This document shows, one piece after another, positions 7,342-14,450 of a DNA stretch of 32,000 nt. A program made the position numbers and the translations under genes. The DNA is from Candidatus Saccharimonadota bacterium (lineage in GTDB: Bacteria > Patescibacteriota > Saccharimonadia > Saccharimonadales > Saccharimonadaceae): NCBI GenBank assembly GCA_001897305.1, contig MKSO01000001.1, positions 30,001 through 62,000 on the forward strand. Direction: 5' to 3'. How positions within the stretch are numbered: the first letter of the stretch is position 1; every line of letters starts with the position of its first letter. Under the pieces are notes generated by a model. That model did no database searches and was not told the origin of the DNA. It saw nothing but the letters and a program-made list of their open reading frames with translations.

Positions 7342-7362
7342 GGAGGAGTACCCAAGTGGCTG
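7342..7362 (+). pseudogene. Orphan copy of the first 21 nt (acceptor 5' strand plus D-arm) of tRNA-Ser(GCT)
   Basis: GGAGGAGTACCCAAGTGGCTG is identical to 7444-7464. No anticodon arm, T-arm or 3' acceptor strand follows. Preceded by TGcTACAAT (7319-7327). Confidence 0.6.
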
Positions 7363-7443
7363 CTGCGTGAAACGCGAATGAATCGACGGAAACCGTCCTG
7401 TCTGTAGAAAGTATGCTACTTTAGGGCGATACCGTACTTTTAT

Positions 7444-7536
7444 GGAGGAGTACCCAAGTGGCTGAAGGGGACGGTTTGCTAAATCGTTAGTCTGGGGAGA
7501 CCCGGAGCCGGAGTTCGAATCTCCGCTCCTCCGCCA
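7444..7536 (+). tRNA. tRNA-Ser (anticodon GCT), CCA encoded
   Basis: Acceptor GGAGGAG/CTCCTCC, anticodon stem ACGGT/ATCGT with loop TTGCTAA, long variable arm, T-loop GTTCGAATC. Confidence 0.9.
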
Positions 7537-7544
7537 TACCAAGT

Positions 7545-7569
7545 AGATGACCTAAAGGGTCATCTTTTT
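7545..7569 (+). terminator. Intrinsic terminator after tRNA-Ser(GCT)
   Basis: AGATGACC-taaag-GGTCATCT followed by TTTT. Confidence 0.7.
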
Positions 7570-7577
7570 GGTATCAT
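7569..7577 (+). promoter_or_regulatory. Extended -10 TGgTATCAT, 6 nt before ATG 7584 (leaderless-type)
   Basis: TGGTATCAT-aaaacc-ATG. No SD. Confidence 0.5.
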
Positions 7578-7583
7578 AAAACC

Positions 7584-8132
7584 ATGACAAATTTCAATGC
7601 GTTTCAAAATGACTACCTCAAGTCAATTATCGAGCCCTTTCTTCCAGGCGCTACGCCCCATATTACCCCTGTTAGATTTGAAGCAATAACACCTGACATC
7701 TTTGCATTTCTATTTCGAACAACAGACAAGAACGGTCAACAACATTTTTTCGTCTCGCTTGAGTACGACTATATTCAGAATATTCAAGAAGCCAGGGATA
7801 TCATCACACGATGGCATGGCTCGTTCTCAGAGTTTTGGGCGCCGGAAAGCAACCCAAAAGCGGTGACCGATCTGGCATCAGTCAGCGTGGACACCGACAA
7901 ATACTACAAAGTTATTTTTGCGAAGGTTGAACCACCTCAAGCACCAAGCTATTGGTCCGACTCTAAAGTATTACTCCCTAACGAATCTACAGATTCCATA
8001 CTTCCACTGTTTCCAGAAAATAAACAAGCTGCAATTAAAAAACAACTCGAAAAAATTCGGCACGAAAAACCGGCCGCGGTTATATCTATTTACTTAGATA
8101 ATTACGGTCTTGAACATTTCTACTATCAATAG
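7584..8132 (+). CDS. Hypothetical cytoplasmic protein
   Basis: 182-aa ORF bounded by a promoter and a terminator. No motif recognised. Confidence 0.7.
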   Translation: MTNFNAFQNDYLKSIIEPFLPGATPHITPVRFEAITPDIFAFLFRTTDKNGQQHFFVSLEYDYIQNIQEARDIITRWHGSFSEFWAPESNPKAVTDLASVSVDTDKYYKVIFAKVEPPQAPSYWSDSKVLLPNESTDSILPLFPENKQAAIKKQLEKIRHEKPAAVISIYLDNYGLEHFYYQ

Positions 8133-8190
8133 AACGGCTCGGTAGCTTACTGCTCACCTCGTTAATACTCCTCCGCCAAATGAATACCAG

Positions 8191-8215
8191 AACGCTTTCT
8201 ATAGAAAGCGTTTTT
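8191..8215 (+). terminator. Intrinsic terminator
   Basis: AACGCTTTC-tata-GAAAGCGTT followed by TTTG. Confidence 0.7.
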
Positions 8216-8235
8216 GTTTATACTAGCGTATAGAT

Positions 8236-8844
8236 ATGGCAGACCAACAACCAAACTACTGGCAACCCGCCCCTGAGGATGAACAGACCCCCACTGGGTC
8301 TGTTGAGGTAGCCGAACCTGTAAAGCCGGTTGCTGTTCCGTCTCACCCAGAAAACGCCCCTGCACCTGAGAATATGCCCGAAGACCCTCCTATTACCTGG
8401 ACGGCTCAAGAGTATATTCACCTGGACCGTAGCCCGGTGTGGTTTATTCTATTTGCCCTAGTGGTACTAGGCCTTATTGCAGTAGATGTATTCTTGCTGA
8501 AGTCATGGACATTCTCGGCACTGGTAATTGTTATGGCTGTTGCCCTTATTATTTACATTCGTCGCCCACCACGCATGCTTACGTACGCGTTAAGCCCTAG
8601 TCAGGGGTTGTATGTTGGCGAGCGCTTATATACCTACGATGAGTTTAAGGCTTTTGGGCTTATTCAAGACGGCCCTCACTACTCTGTTATGCTCATACCG
8701 CGCAAACGGTTTGCTCCCGGGGTATCGGTATACTTCCCTGATGATGCCGGCGAGCGAATTGTTGATATTTTAGGCCAGCGTCTGCCTATGGAAAATCTCA
8801 AACTTGATGTAGTTGATGTTATTGTGCGCAAGTTGCGCCTATAA
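8236..8844 (+). CDS. Membrane protein, unknown function (Pro-rich N-terminus, TM hairpin, ~90-aa C-terminal domain)
   Basis: 202-aa ORF. TM segments VWFILFALVVLGLIAVDVFLL and FSALVIVMAVALIIYI. Confidence 0.7.
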   Translation: MADQQPNYWQPAPEDEQTPTGSVEVAEPVKPVAVPSHPENAPAPENMPEDPPITWTAQEYIHLDRSPVWFILFALVVLGLIAVDVFLLKSWTFSALVIVMAVALIIYIRRPPRMLTYALSPSQGLYVGERLYTYDEFKAFGLIQDGPHYSVMLIPRKRFAPGVSVYFPDDAGERIVDILGQRLPMENLKLDVVDVIVRKLRL

Positions 8845-8867
8845 TCATCTCTAATGAGGTACGAATA

Positions 8868-9494
8868 ATGTCTGACACGGAAACTATTAAAGCACCCGCA
8901 CTCCCCTATACTGTTCACCCCGATTTAAGCGTAAGTTATCGCTGGTTTGGGCTGGTGCGCTATGTATTAGCTGCCCTATTAATGGTTTTTCTATTTATAC
9001 GTTTTGGGTGGGTCATAGGCCTGCTCTCTACTGTAGTTATCGGGGTTATTGTTTTCTTGGTATGGTTTATTTCCACCCACCGAAGTATTGAAGTGACAAA
9101 AAATGGCCTGACATACAAAAATGCTTTTGGAAAAACACGCACGACAAGCTACGGTGACATTGAGGTGGTGAGGATTTTTCAACAATACAGCTATTACGGT
9201 ACGGCTTTGTTGCCCCGAGTAATTATCAGTACAAAGACTAATAAATCATTTCTATCAGTACTGTTGCTGACCTGGGATGCAAAATACGCTGGCTACATGA
9301 CACTTACCCTTGAAGAGAAAAAAGTACCTATAGAGCTGTATGATCAAGTAGCGACAAATGCAACCATTCGAAAGCAATTTCCGGGTATTTTATTGTGGCA
9401 CGAGCGTCATCCCGTACTTTTTAACATGTCATTAACTCTTGGCGTCATCATCCTTGTAGTTGGTATTGCTTTGGGTATTGTATTCCTAGGCTAG
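8868..9494 (+). CDS. Membrane protein, unknown function (N-terminal TM hairpin, soluble middle domain, C-terminal TM)
   Basis: 208-aa ORF. SD GAGG 8 nt upstream. The topology resembles bacterial PH-domain membrane proteins, which is a guess. Confidence 0.7.
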   Translation: MSDTETIKAPALPYTVHPDLSVSYRWFGLVRYVLAALLMVFLFIRFGWVIGLLSTVVIGVIVFLVWFISTHRSIEVTKNGLTYKNAFGKTRTTSYGDIEVVRIFQQYSYYGTALLPRVIISTKTNKSFLSVLLLTWDAKYAGYMTLTLEEKKVPIELYDQVATNATIRKQFPGILLWHERHPVLFNMSLTLGVIILVVGIALGIVFLG

Positions 9495-9611
9495 ATTTTC
9501 ATCTGTAAACATGATAGTATAGTCTCTGTTCGCCTGATTTTTTCGGGCCGAAAGCACCTTCTAGTTACAAAGATACGCCCGTTGTTTTTATGACAGCGGG
9601 TGGTATCATAT

Positions 9612-9688
9612 GCACCCGTAGCTCAGCTGGATAGAGCGTCGGCTTGCGGAGCCGAAGGCCATAGGTTCGAATCCTGTCGGGTGTACCA
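9612..9688 (+). tRNA. tRNA-Arg (anticodon GCG), CCA encoded
   Basis: Hand fold: acceptor GCACCCG/CGGGTGT (G1-U72), D-arm GCTC-AGCTGGATA-GAGC, anticodon stem TCGGC/GCCGA with loop TTGCGGA, T-loop TTCGAAT. Confidence 0.85.
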
Positions 9689-9702
9689 AGTTGTAACTTT
9701 TT

Positions 9703-9731
9703 AAAAGACTCATCGAGAGATGGGTCTTTTT
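9703..9731. terminator. Bidirectional hairpin between tRNA-Arg and the Crp/Fnr gene
   Basis: AAAAGACTCATC-gaga-GATGGGTCTTTT, with one G-U pair. Confidence 0.65.
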
Positions 9732-9733
9732 GT

Positions 9734-10345
9734 TTAGATGTGTATTTGTAGCAAATATCCACCTGTTACGCGCAGTATCAGGCCTTTTGATATAAGATCC
9801 GTAAGTGTGCGGCTCACCGTTTCACGTGCCAAACCGGTACGATTGGCTAAATCCTGTACGCGTATTCGGACGAATGTCCCTCCGGGGTGTGGCCTGCCAA
9901 AACGAGCAGCTTCTATATTCAACTCTGTTATTACCATTTGTGCCGCGCCAGTGCTACTATGAGCCGACAAGCGATTCAACACACCATCAAGCCCATTCGC
10001 TACTCTTGATAGTGTTTCGAAGCTTAATTCGGGTGACTTTTTAAACTCTTGCAGCAATTTTAGGCGAGGAGTGCGCAGAAGGACGCAGTCGCTGATACAT
10101 TGAAAGAAGTGCAGATTTGGGCTCGAGTGAAAGAGCCACGGAAGGGTAAGCACGCTTCCCTCCTTATAGATATTAAGAGTGAGCTCGGTGCCGTTGTCAC
10201 GGATGTCATATTGCCGTATACTTCCCTTTTCAATCACAAAACAGTCTTTCGGCGTTTCGCCGGGTATCACAACAATACTTCCAGCCGGGTACTGCACCAA
10301 CGTTGCCCCTAATGTATGAGCGGTTTCAACCAAGATGTGGGTCAT
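9734..10345 (-). CDS. Crp/Fnr-family transcriptional regulator (cNMP-binding-like domain plus C-terminal HTH)
   Basis: Beta-roll-like N-terminal half. C-terminal RIRVQDLANRTGLARETVSRTLTDLISKGLI is a typical Crp-type HTH. Start set to ATG 10345 (MTHILVE...). Confidence 0.75.
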   Translation of the reverse strand: MTHILVETAHTLGATLVQYPAGSIVVIPGETPKDCFVIEKGSIRQYDIRDNGTELTLNIYKEGSVLTLPWLFHSSPNLHFFQCISDCVLLRTPRLKLLQEFKKSPELSFETLSRVANGLDGVLNRLSAHSSTGAAQMVITELNIEAARFGRPHPGGTFVRIRVQDLANRTGLARETVSRTLTDLISKGLILRVTGGYLLQIHI

Positions 10346-10351
10346 ATACAC

Positions 10352-10357
10352 ATCATA
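10352..10357 (-). promoter_or_regulatory. -10 box TATGAT, 6 nt before ATG 10345 (leaderless-type)
   Basis: Minus strand reads TATGAT-gtgtat-ATG. Confidence 0.4.
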
Positions 10358-10407
10358 GCGCACGTAGCCTGTTAAAACAGAGTGATTTTGCTATAATACA
10401 GTCTGCT

Positions 10408-10495
10408 GGAGAGGTGCAGGAGTGGTTGAACTGGCCGCTCTCGAAAAGCGGTAAGGCGCAAGCCTTCGAGGGTTCGAATCCCTCTCTCTCCGCCA
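10408..10495 (+). tRNA. tRNA-Ser (anticodon CGA), CCA encoded
   Basis: Acceptor GGAGAGG, anticodon stem CCGCT/AGCGG with loop CTCGAAA, long variable arm, T-arm GAGGG-TTCGAAT-CCCTC. TGcTATAAT lies at 10389-10397. Confidence 0.9.
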
Positions 10496-10506
10496 GGAGG
10501 ATATAC

Positions 10507-10899
10507 ATGAAACCTACTATTTTTACAAAAATTATTAACGGTAATATCCCATCACACAAAGTATATGAGGATGAAAAAACCTTCGCCTTCCTTGATATAC
10601 ACCCCGTGACTGAAGGGCACGTACTGGTGGTGCCTAAAAAGCAAGTAGAGTTTATTTGGGACCTTGACCCTTCAGATTACCAGGCCGTTATGACTACGGT
10701 TCAAAAGGTTGGAGCGCATCTGCGTGAAGCACTAGGTGTACCTTATGTCGGGCTGCGCGTAGTTGGGGTTGATGTGCCTCATGCGCACGTACAAATTATT
10801 CCATTTACAGAAGCTTCCGAGCTTGACTACCATCCTGATATGACAGCCGAGCCTGATCATAGTGCCTTGGCTGCCCTGGCCGAGAAAATTCGGCTTTAA
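10507..10899 (+). CDS. HIT (histidine triad) family nucleotide hydrolase/transferase
   Basis: MKPTIFTKIINGNIPSHKVYEDEKTFAFLDIHP...GHVLVVPK. The triad region reads PHAHVQIIP (HxHxQ variant). AGGAGG lies 6 nt upstream of the ATG. Confidence 0.85.
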   Translation: MKPTIFTKIINGNIPSHKVYEDEKTFAFLDIHPVTEGHVLVVPKKQVEFIWDLDPSDYQAVMTTVQKVGAHLREALGVPYVGLRVVGVDVPHAHVQIIPFTEASELDYHPDMTAEPDHSALAALAEKIRL

Positions 10900-10902
10900 A
10901 CT

Positions 10903-11361
10903 ATGGCGATAACCGTTCTTAGCATCGGCAAAAAACACGAGGGCTGGGTCACTGACGGTATCGAAAGGTATCAGAAGCGTCTTAGAGCTCCGTTTAATGT
11001 TGAATGGGTACTTTTACCACATTCAAGCTTTGAGGGCTCTAGGGCTCGCGAGGAAGAGTCTGGGCGTATTATTTCACGGCTCAACCCCGATCATTATGTT
11101 ATTTTGCTGGACGAACGCGGCAAAGAGCTTACGTCACCAGCATTAAGCGAGCATCTAGCCGCTTGCTTTACTGCTTCAAGGCCGGTGGTATTTATTATTG
11201 GTGGTGCGTATGGGGTTGATGATACAGTTCGACAGCGGGCCAACTTTACCCTTTCGTTGTCACCACTCGTGTTTCCGCATCACTTGGTGCGGCTTATCAT
11301 TACCGAACAGATCTATAGAGCCCAGCAAATTAGTGCCGGAAGCTCGTATCACCACGAGTAG
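10903..11361 (+). CDS. rlmH: 23S rRNA (pseudouridine1915-N3)-methyltransferase RlmH (SPOUT family)
   Basis: 152 aa. N-terminus ITVLSIGKK...YQKRL and C-terminal LSLSPLVFPHHLVRLIITEQIYRA are typical of RlmH. Confidence 0.85.
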   Translation: MAITVLSIGKKHEGWVTDGIERYQKRLRAPFNVEWVLLPHSSFEGSRAREEESGRIISRLNPDHYVILLDERGKELTSPALSEHLAACFTASRPVVFIIGGAYGVDDTVRQRANFTLSLSPLVFPHHLVRLIITEQIYRAQQISAGSSYHHE

Positions 11362-11387
11362 AACGATCTTTACCGCAGGATAGATAC

Positions 11388-11416
11388 TTGACAATTTATC
11401 AAGCTTATGCTAGTGT
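11388..11416 (+). promoter_or_regulatory. Near-consensus promoter TTGACA-17 nt-TGcTAGTGT
   Basis: Perfect -35 (11388-11393), 17-nt spacer and an extended -10. Read directly from the sequence. Confidence 0.5.
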
Positions 11417-11444
11417 TGTACTCAGACATAATCAAAAAACAAAC

Positions 11445-11774
11445 ATGTTGCCATTTATTAATCCGACACCAATACTCATCACACTTGTTACCGTCTTCGG
11501 TATCTTGATGCATGATATGCACATCGATAAAGCCACTACGGCTGCTTTAACTATCCCAAGTACCTCTGCCGCCTCTACCGAGACGGTTGAGAAGGTTATT
11601 AGCCCTAGTTACCATACCCACGTTGAACGTACCTCATTGCCACGAGCTGGGGCGTTTCGTACTACCCTTCCGAATGTTCAGCCGCCACGTGACGATGACC
11701 GTCGTTATATACAGAATAAAAAACTCTGTTTTGCGGGTGGCACAGACACTGCCCCTCTGTGGCCTTCAGTATAG
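11445..11774 (+). CDS. Doubtful small membrane-anchored protein (109 aa), or a non-coding transcript
   Basis: ATG 11445 gives MLPFINPTPILITLVTVFGILMH... followed by low-complexity sequence. No SD. Converges on the valS 3' end. Confidence 0.3.
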   Translation: MLPFINPTPILITLVTVFGILMHDMHIDKATTAALTIPSTSAASTETVEKVISPSYHTHVERTSLPRAGAFRTTLPNVQPPRDDDRRYIQNKKLCFAGGTDTAPLWPSV

Positions 11775-11781
11775 TATGATT

Positions 11782-14331
11782 CTATTTTAGAATTTCGAGT
11801 TCAGATAACAAGCGTTCAACGAGCGCTTGTTTTTCTTCTAATTGTTTGCGACTCTCTTCTACTAGATGAGCCGGAGCTTTACTGGTGTAGTTTTTGTTGT
11901 TGAGGCGGCCTTCAAGTGCGGCAATTTCTTGGTGAGTTGTGGCGAGGCGCATTTCAAGGTTTCCCTTGTGCTCTTCAAGGGTCTTCTCGGATACATCCAG
12001 CCAGGCATCGTGATTAGCTAATGCTAAACGCAATCCCTTTGCTTGCTCGGTTTGGGTGACTTCATTGAGTTTTGCGAGCCGTTTAATGAGCTCTTTATTC
12101 TCTTCAATGAGGCTATCTTCAAAGTACAGCAGTCCGTAGCGATCGTTGCCAGGGAGTGAGGTAGCGACGAAACGGGCTTCGCTGACGATTTTTTGAACTT
12201 GGCCAAATTCGGCAGCAGATATGTCGTTATATGGGATGGTTTCGGGCCAGGTTTCATTGATAAGCAGCGTATTGTGCCATGGCAGTGTTTGCCAGATGGT
12301 TTCTGTTACAAACGGCGCAAATGGGTGGGCAAGTTTTAGTGATGTATCGAGCACCCAAGCGAGTAAATCAAGGTTGTCTTGATCCTTTGAGGCTTCGATA
12401 TACCAGTCGGCTACGCTGTCCCAGATGGCATGGTATAGAGCCTCGCCGGCTTCGGCGTATCGGTAGCTATCAAGCGCTCGTTCGATAGTTTGTTTGGCGT
12501 TGTCGAGCTCGGCAATAATCCAATGGTCAGCCAATGAACGGGCCTCAGGAGTTGAAGGTTGGAAATTGTCACCTAGTTTGTGCTCGGCAAAACGGGTAAT
12601 ATTCCATAATTTATTACAGAAGTTACGCCCAGCAATAACGCGGTCAACACTAAAAGCTTGGTTTTGGCCTGGGCTACGGCTAGCAATGAGGCCTAGACGT
12701 AATGCATCGGAGCCGTATTCTGACACCATCTCCATAGGGTTAATGACATTACCCTTACTTTTGCTCATCTTCTGGCTATGTTCGTCCAGTACCATACCGT
12801 GAAGATATACGTCTTTGAAAGGTACTTTACCGGTTTGGTAGAGGCTGAGCATAATCATACGGGCAATCCAACGGTCGAGGAGGTCGGTGCCAGTTTCCAT
12901 AAGGCTGGTTGGGAAGAAGCGGGCTAAGGGGCCATTATCTAGGTAATCGGTTGTAATGTAAGGCCATTGACCACTGCTAAACCATGTATCAAAGGTATCT
13001 TCTTCGCGGCGGTAGGTTTTACCGTCCACTACTATTGTTTTTTCGTCAACGTTTTTGTTGAAGATCCAGTCGGTATCGTCGGCTACGTTTTGGAAAGCCG
13101 GAATAGGAATACCCCATGGGATTTGGCGTGATAGATTCCAGTCGTGGATCCCCTTTAGGTATTGGATAAGGATATTCTTGCGTCCGGCTGGGTAAAAGGT
13201 AATTTCGCCCGCTTCCAATACTTCAATAGCTTTTGCAGCGAGTGGTGTCATGCGTAGGAACCACTGCTCTTTTATGAGCGGTTGAATAGGAAGGCCACTC
13301 TTGTAGTCGTAGCCGACGGTGTGCTCGATGGGCTCTTCTTTGCGTATAAGCTCTTGTGCTTGAAGGGCGGCTAATGTTTGCTTACGGGCATGTTCGACAT
13401 CGAGGCCGGCAAACTGTTGCGGTACGTTAATCATAGTGCCATCAAAGTCGATCACTTGAAGTCGTGGCAAATCGTGCCGCTTCCCTACTTCAAAGTCGTT
13501 AGGGTCATGTGCTGGTGTTATTTTTACAGCACCTGTTCCAAAGGCTGGGTCAACATATTCATCTGCAATGATAGTTATTTCGCGGTTGGTAAGCGGAAGA
13601 ATAACCTTGTTTCCTATGAGGTGCTTATAGCGTTCGTCTTCTGGGTGTACGGCGACAGCTGCGTCACCAAACAGTGTTTCGGGGCGTGTTGTTGCAATTA
13701 CAACTTCACCAATCTTATCAACTAAAGGATAAGCTATGTGCCATAGTGTCCCCTTCTCAACTTTGTGGTCAACTTCAATATCTGCATAGCTGGTTTGGTA
13801 CTTCGTGCTGTAGTTTACAATGCGTTCGCCGCGGTAAATAAGGCCCTCATCCCAAAACTTTTTGAACGTATCGTAGACGGTCTCAACAACTTTGTTATCC
13901 AGGGTGAATACCATGTCATCCCATGAGGCACTGGCGCCGAGTGCTCGTACCTGCAGCTCCATGTTTCCGCGTTGCTGATCTACAAAATCCCATACCTGGC
14001 TGTATAGTTGTTCACGAGTAAAGTCGAAACGGCTTTTACCCTGCTTTTGGAGCTCTTTTTCGTACACTACCCATGTCTCGAAACCGGCGTGGTCAGCACC
14101 TGGAATGTATACTGCATCAAAACCTTTCATACGCTTGTAACGTACGGAGATATCTTTAAGGGCTGTGTCTAGGGCGTGACCAACATGAAGATTACCATTT
14201 GCATTTGGTGGGGGCATCACAGTGCTGAAAGGTTCACCTACACCCTTCGGCTTAAAAGCACCACTCGTTTCCCAGAGGGCATAGATATTTGGCTCGTATT
14301 GATTTGGTTCGTATGCTTTAGCGAGGTTCAC
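11782..14331 (-). CDS. valS: Valine--tRNA ligase
   Basis: Class I HIGH (PNANGNLHVGHAL) and KMSKS (QKMSKSKGN) motifs. C-terminal coiled coil. Start placed at GTG 14331 (VNLAKAYEPNQYE...), with GGAG 10 nt upstream. GTGs at 14352 and 14376 are alternatives. Confidence 0.9.
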   Translation of the reverse strand: MNLAKAYEPNQYEPNIYALWETSGAFKPKGVGEPFSTVMPPPNANGNLHVGHALDTALKDISVRYKRMKGFDAVYIPGADHAGFETWVVYEKELQKQGKSRFDFTREQLYSQVWDFVDQQRGNMELQVRALGASASWDDMVFTLDNKVVETVYDTFKKFWDEGLIYRGERIVNYSTKYQTSYADIEVDHKVEKGTLWHIAYPLVDKIGEVVIATTRPETLFGDAAVAVHPEDERYKHLIGNKVILPLTNREITIIADEYVDPAFGTGAVKITPAHDPNDFEVGKRHDLPRLQVIDFDGTMINVPQQFAGLDVEHARKQTLAALQAQELIRKEEPIEHTVGYDYKSGLPIQPLIKEQWFLRMTPLAAKAIEVLEAGEITFYPAGRKNILIQYLKGIHDWNLSRQIPWGIPIPAFQNVADDTDWIFNKNVDEKTIVVDGKTYRREEDTFDTWFSSGQWPYITTDYLDNGPLARFFPTSLMETGTDLLDRWIARMIMLSLYQTGKVPFKDVYLHGMVLDEHSQKMSKSKGNVINPMEMVSEYGSDALRLGLIASRSPGQNQAFSVDRVIAGRNFCNKLWNITRFAEHKLGDNFQPSTPEARSLADHWIIAELDNAKQTIERALDSYRYAEAGEALYHAIWDSVADWYIEASKDQDNLDLLAWVLDTSLKLAHPFAPFVTETIWQTLPWHNTLLINETWPETIPYNDISAAEFGQVQKIVSEARFVATSLPGNDRYGLLYFEDSLIEENKELIKRLAKLNEVTQTEQAKGLRLALANHDAWLDVSEKTLEEHKGNLEMRLATTHQEIAALEGRLNNKNYTSKAPAHLVEESRKQLEEKQALVERLLSELEILK

Positions 14332-14345
14332 AGACAGTCCGCTCC

Positions 14346-14384
14346 ATTTCACGTGAAAGCTGATTATTAATTTCACGTGAAATT
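14346..14384 (-). promoter_or_regulatory. Two copies of the palindrome TTTCACGTGAAA, 24 bp apart, in the valS 5' region
   Basis: ATTTCACGTGAAA at 14346-14358 and 14370-14382. The second copy extends to a perfect 16-bp palindrome, AATTTCACGTGAAATT. Confidence 0.4.
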
Positions 14385-14415
14385 TTAAGATTTACTACAC
14401 TTTTATTCGACTATT

Positions 14416-14424
14416 AGTATACCA
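14416..14424 (-). promoter_or_regulatory. Extended -10 TGgTATACT, candidate valS promoter
   Basis: Minus strand reads TGGTATACT. It would give a leader of about 78 nt to GTG 14331. Confidence 0.45.
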
Positions 14425-14435
14425 TAGCTCGCCCC

Positions 14436-14444
14436 TGGTATAAT
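14436..14444 (+). promoter_or_regulatory. Extended -10 TGgTATAAT, 6 nt before ATG 14451 (leaderless-type)
   Basis: TGGTATAAT-agagac-ATG. No SD. Confidence 0.55.
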
Positions 14445-14450
14445 AGAGAC

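Noticed and set aside
7342-7443. Possibility that the upstream GGAGGAG... segment is a second (intron-containing or split) tRNA, or another known small RNA.
   Set aside because: There is no T-arm (GTTCGAAT-like) and no complementary 3' acceptor strand before the intact tRNA, so I could not build a cloverleaf.
9601-9609. TGgTATCAT element 2 nt upstream of tRNA-Arg, as its promoter.
   Set aside because: It is too close: a start 6-7 nt downstream would fall inside the tRNA. An upstream TGaTAGTAT (about 9512-9520) is a more plausible promoter. The match may be fortuitous.
11423-11780. Checked this promoter-driven region for tmRNA, RNase P RNA and SRP RNA.
   Set aside because: None of the conserved blocks I know are present. 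I looked for the GGGG...tRNA-like end with an ANDxxxLAA tag, GAGGAAAGTCC for RNase P, and the SRP GGAA/AGCA tetraloop helix.
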